Shown here one piece after another: positions 60,792 through 64,000 of a stretch of 64,000 bases of DNA. Origin of the DNA: an uncultured Burkholderiales bacterium (lineage in GTDB: Bacteria; Pseudomonadota; Gammaproteobacteria; Burkholderiales; Casimicrobiaceae); the NCBI GenBank assembly GCA_937944385.1, contig CALDYQ010000018.1:1832-65831 (forward strand), read 5' to 3'. The number at the start of each line of letters is the position of its first letter. Position 1 is the stretch's first letter. Both the position numbers and the translations under genes were made by a program. The notes beneath the pieces are model-generated. The model was not told the DNA's origin. It saw only the letters and a list, made by a program, of their open reading frames with translations, and did no database searches.

Positions 60792-62594
60792 ATGGCCGTC
60801 GTGCAGACCTCCGTCCCGCCCAAGTCGCCCACCGGCGATCGTCCGCTCACGCTCGATCTCGTGCTCGATGAGCTGGCCAAGTCCGGCCTGGTCGAATTGC
60901 GCCAGATCGACGAGCTGCGCTCGACGTCCAAGTTCCGTAGCTACGACCATCCGCTGGTCCTGATCGCCGAGCAGAAATGGCGCGGCGCCCTGCCGCCGCA
61001 TCGCATGCTCACGCTCGAGGCGCTCACCGAGTGGCTGGCCCGGCGGCTCGATGTGCCGTATGTGCACATCGACCCGCTCAAGGTGGATTTCTCGGCGGTG
61101 AGTTCGGTGATGAGCTCGAGCTACGCCCAGCGCTATCGCATCCTGCCGATCGAGGTGACCGGCGACCGGGTGGTGGTCGCCACCTCCGAGCCATTCGTGC
61201 GCTCCTGGGTACCGGAGATCTCCCAACTGCTCCGGCGCCGGATCGAGCTCGTCTTTGCCAATCCGCTCGACGTCAAGCGCTACGTGGCAGAGTTCTTCTC
61301 GTTGGCCCAGTCGGTGAAACGGGCGAGCGAGACGGCGGTCGACGACAAGGCAGCGGTCTCATCGTTCGAGCAGTTGGTGCAGTTCGGCGCCCAAGGCGGC
61401 ACGCAGGGTGGCACGCCGGACGCCAATGATCGGCATATCGTGCGCATCGTCGACTGGCTCTGGCAGTACGCCTTCGAGCAGCGGGCGAGCGACATCCACA
61501 TCGAGCCCCGGCGCGACCAGGGCATCGTGCGCTTCCGCATCGACGGCGTGCTGCATCAGGTCTACCAGATCCCGATCCCGGTGATGACCGCGATGGTTTC
61601 GCGCATCAAGCTTTTGGCGCGCATGGAGATCGTCGAGAAGCGTCGCCCGCAGGATGGCCGCATCAAGACTCAGTCGGCCGAGGGGCAGGAGGTCGAGCTG
61701 CGCGTGGCCACCATGCCCACGGCCTTTGGCGAGAAGATCGTGATGCGCATCTTCGACCCCGATGTGTTGATGCGTGACTTTCGCGAGCTCGGCTTCACCG
61801 AGGATGATCTCGCGCGCTGGAACGACATGATCAACCGCCCCAATGGCATCGTGCTCGTCACAGGGCCGACGGGTTCGGGCAAGACGACCACGCTTTACTC
61901 TACGCTCAAGCAACTGGCTACGCCGGAGGTGAACGTCTGCACGGTCGAGGACCCGATCGAGATGGTCGAGCCTGCGTTCAACCAGATGCAGGTGCAGCCG
62001 CAGATCGGAGTCGATTTCGAAAGCGGCGTGCGCACACTGCTTCGGCAGGACCCGGACATCATCATGGTGGGCGAGATCCGGGACCTGCCCACGGCCGAGA
62101 TGGCCATTCAGGCGGCACTGACCGGGCACCTCGTGCTCTCGACGCTGCACACGAACGATGCACCGGGCGCGATCACGCGGCTGATCGATCTCGGCGTGCC
62201 GCCCTACCTTGTCAATTCCACGCTGATTGGCGTGATGGCGCAGCGGCTGGTGCGCACGCTGTGCCCAAAGTGCAAGCAGGCGAGCGATGACCTCGACGAG
62301 GAGACCTGGGGCACGCTCACGCGTCCGTATCGCGCGCAGAAACCCGCGCAGGTCTATCGACCCGTGGGTTGCCTCGAGTGCCGCATGACCGGCTTCCAGG
62401 GCCGCATCGGCCTCTACGAGGTGATGCTCATGACACCGGAACTGCGCAAGATCGTCCTTCGCGGCGGCGATCTCGAGCAGATCCGCGAGCAGGCGTTTCG
62501 CGACGGCATGAAGCCCTTGAGGACGTCAGGGGCACACAAGATCGCACTCGGGCTCACCTCCGTGGAGGAGGTGGAGAAGGTCGCGCCGCCTTGA
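60792..62594 (+). CDS. GspE/PulE/PilB-family secretion ATPase (orphan)
   Basis: ASDIHIEP, PQDGR, GPTGSGKTTT Walker A, TVEDPIE, LRQDPDIIMVGEIRD, STLHTND, CPKC...CLEC Zn motif. Confidence 0.93.
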   Translation: MAVVQTSVPPKSPTGDRPLTLDLVLDELAKSGLVELRQIDELRSTSKFRSYDHPLVLIAEQKWRGALPPHRMLTLEALTEWLARRLDVPYVHIDPLKVDFSAVSSVMSSSYAQRYRILPIEVTGDRVVVATSEPFVRSWVPEISQLLRRRIELVFANPLDVKRYVAEFFSLAQSVKRASETAVDDKAAVSSFEQLVQFGAQGGTQGGTPDANDRHIVRIVDWLWQYAFEQRASDIHIEPRRDQGIVRFRIDGVLHQVYQIPIPVMTAMVSRIKLLARMEIVEKRRPQDGRIKTQSAEGQEVELRVATMPTAFGEKIVMRIFDPDVLMRDFRELGFTEDDLARWNDMINRPNGIVLVTGPTGSGKTTTLYSTLKQLATPEVNVCTVEDPIEMVEPAFNQMQVQPQIGVDFESGVRTLLRQDPDIIMVGEIRDLPTAEMAIQAALTGHLVLSTLHTNDAPGAITRLIDLGVPPYLVNSTLIGVMAQRLVRTLCPKCKQASDDLDEETWGTLTRPYRAQKPAQVYRPVGCLECRMTGFQGRIGLYEVMLMTPELRKIVLRGGDLEQIREQAFRDGMKPLRTSGAHKIALGLTSVEEVEKVAPP

Positions 62595-62614
62595 GTGACG
62601 GTTCAGCGCAGGCG

Positions 62615-63586
62615 CTAGCCCAAGCGACGTCGCGCGCGCGGCTTGGGTGATGTGGCCGATGACGTGCGCGCCGTTCCCGCGCGACGACGGGCTGCGGGTA
62701 CCCCGCCCCGCGGTACAAAACCCCGCGGCTTGCCGGTGAACTCGTCACGCTGGCCACCGGCGGCCGGGGCCGCCCGCCGACGGCTCTCGGTCTTTCCCTC
62801 GGTCAGCGCATCCTCCCGCGGACGACGCTCACCCCATCGGCTGCGCTCGCCGGTCTTGGAGCCGGCGCTTCCCGTCGTGCCGCGTGGCGCGCGAGGCACC
62901 CGCGGAGCAAAGCCGCTGTCCGCATCGTCAACCCGGCGATTGGTCCACCGCCCGCGCTGTGCATTCGACCCGAAGGCAGCGCCTCCGGGGTCGCGGCCAC
63001 TCGGGGCGCGTCCGGCGCGTCTGCCTTCATCGCCTCTGAATACGCGGGCAGTGTCCTCACCCCTTCCATCGGCGCCCCGACCTCCCGCGCGGGCGGCACC
63101 GCGCCGGTCCCTCGGTGCCCAGCCCTCGCGGCGGGCGGGCTCGATCGAGTCGGACTCGCGCCACGGGTATCCGCTGCCCGGCTCGCGTCGGCGTGATTGC
63201 GATCCGGTCCGCGCCGCGGGGCCTTTTGCAGGCAGAGCCTTGCGCGGACCACGCCCCGGCTTGCGCGGCGCGTCCTCGATCGGGGTTGCCGCCTCGGCCT
63301 CATCCCCTTCCCGGTTTCGCCAGAGGACGAGCAGCTTGCCCAGATGCTGTACCGGCTCGCAGCGCAGTTGCTTGCAGACATGCGCGAGGTGCGCCTCCCG
63401 CTCTGCGCGGTCGTCGGAACTCACGCGGACCTTGATCAGGGCGTGCGCGGCGAGCGCCACGTCGATCTCATGCAGCACCGCCGGCGTAAGCCCGGCCTGC
63501 CCGATCGTGACGACCGGGTCGAGGTGGTGGGCGGCAGCACGCAGTGCACGGCGGGCACTGCCAGAGAGGTTGGAGTTCGGCGTCAT
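62615..63586 (-). CDS. yhbY: YhbY/CRM-domain RNA-binding protein with long Arg/Gly/Pro-rich tail
   Basis: [41 protein letters not shown]; divergent from rlmE as is typical. Confidence 0.88.
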   Translation of the reverse strand: MTPNSNLSGSARRALRAAAHHLDPVVTIGQAGLTPAVLHEIDVALAAHALIKVRVSSDDRAEREAHLAHVCKQLRCEPVQHLGKLLVLWRNREGDEAEAATPIEDAPRKPGRGPRKALPAKGPAARTGSQSRRREPGSGYPWRESDSIEPARREGWAPRDRRGAARAGGRGADGRGEDTARVFRGDEGRRAGRAPSGRDPGGAAFGSNAQRGRWTNRRVDDADSGFAPRVPRAPRGTTGSAGSKTGERSRWGERRPREDALTEGKTESRRRAAPAAGGQRDEFTGKPRGFVPRGGVPAARRRAGTARTSSATSPKPRARRRLG

Positions 63587-63641
63587 GGCGCGCGTAGGCA
63601 AGTTCAACGGCGCAATTGTCCCACCTCGGGATAATCGCAGG

Positions 63642-64000
63642 ATGCTGAATCCAGGCGGCAAGCGCCACAAATCGAAAAAGGGCTGGCTCACCGAGCACGT
63701 CAACGACGTCTACGTCCAGCGGGCGCAGAAGGAAGGTTACCGCTCGCGCGCTGCCTACAAACTGCTCGAAATCGACGCCAAGGATCGTCTCTTTGCGCCC
63801 GGGCAGGTCATCGTAGATCTGGGCGCGGCCCCCGGAAGCTGGTGCCAAGTTGCCCTGCGGCGGACGGGCGGTAATGCGCAGATCATTGCGATCGATCTCT
63901 TGCCGATGCAGGGGCTGGCCAAGGTCGACTTCATCCAGGGCGACTTCTCCGAGCCGCAGCCGCTCGCCGAGCTGGAGGCACGCCTGGCCGGGCGCAAGGT
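63642..64000 (+). CDS. rlmE: 23S rRNA Um2552 methyltransferase RlmE (partial, runs off the right edge)
   Basis: Manual translation from ATG 63642: [27 protein letters not shown]...[10 protein letters not shown]...AIDLLPM...IQGDF. Confidence 0.96.
   Translation, partial: MLNPGGKRHKSKKGWLTEHVNDVYVQRAQKEGYRSRAAYKLLEIDAKDRLFAPGQVIVDLGAAPGSWCQVALRRTGGNAQIIAIDLLPMQGLAKVDFIQGDFSEPQPLAELEARLAGRK

Noticed and set aside
1-64000. tRNA, rRNA, transposase, integrase, toxin-antitoxin or anti-phage defence genes
   Set aside because: No T-loop/cloverleaf, rRNA-like stretch or matching protein motifs were recognised by eye. A tRNAscan-SE, ISEScan and DefenseFinder run would be needed to exclude them formally.

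Overview
A GC-rich betaproteobacterial chromosome segment (Burkholderiales-like gene order and protein signatures; taxonomy is inferred, not searched). Most of it is housekeeping: polA (partial), alaS, xseA, glnS, exbB/exbD-lpxK-ycaR-kdsB, accA-tilS, purEK, ychF, prfA/pyrF/prmC, recG, ndk-rlmN-pilW-rodZ-ispG, rplM-rpsI-argC-erpA, ssb, yhbY and rlmE (partial). Accessory genes sit between these blocks: a Tat-signal vanadium-haloperoxidase-like enzyme, metR-metE, a GMC oxidoreductase coupled to a TPR-GGEEF diguanylate cyclase, an alpha-2-macroglobulin/PbpC pair, a fused indolepyruvate:ferredoxin oxidoreductase, a Bug receptor, an orphan GspE/PulE ATPase and a small Cys4 protein. No tRNA, rRNA, transposase, integrase or cas gene was recognised. 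The best leads are the haloperoxidase-like gene with a Ser-to-Ala change in its PSGH motif, an unannotated CU-rich anti-Shine-Dalgarno sRNA between rplM and osmC, a decayed corA remnant carrying a 38-bp direct repeat around a 33-bp insert, a recurring -10 box 6-7 nt before start codons that suggests leaderless mRNAs, and a UAG-terminated mini-ORF upstream of the RF1 gene. All family assignments come from motif recognition by eye; no database search or folding program was run.
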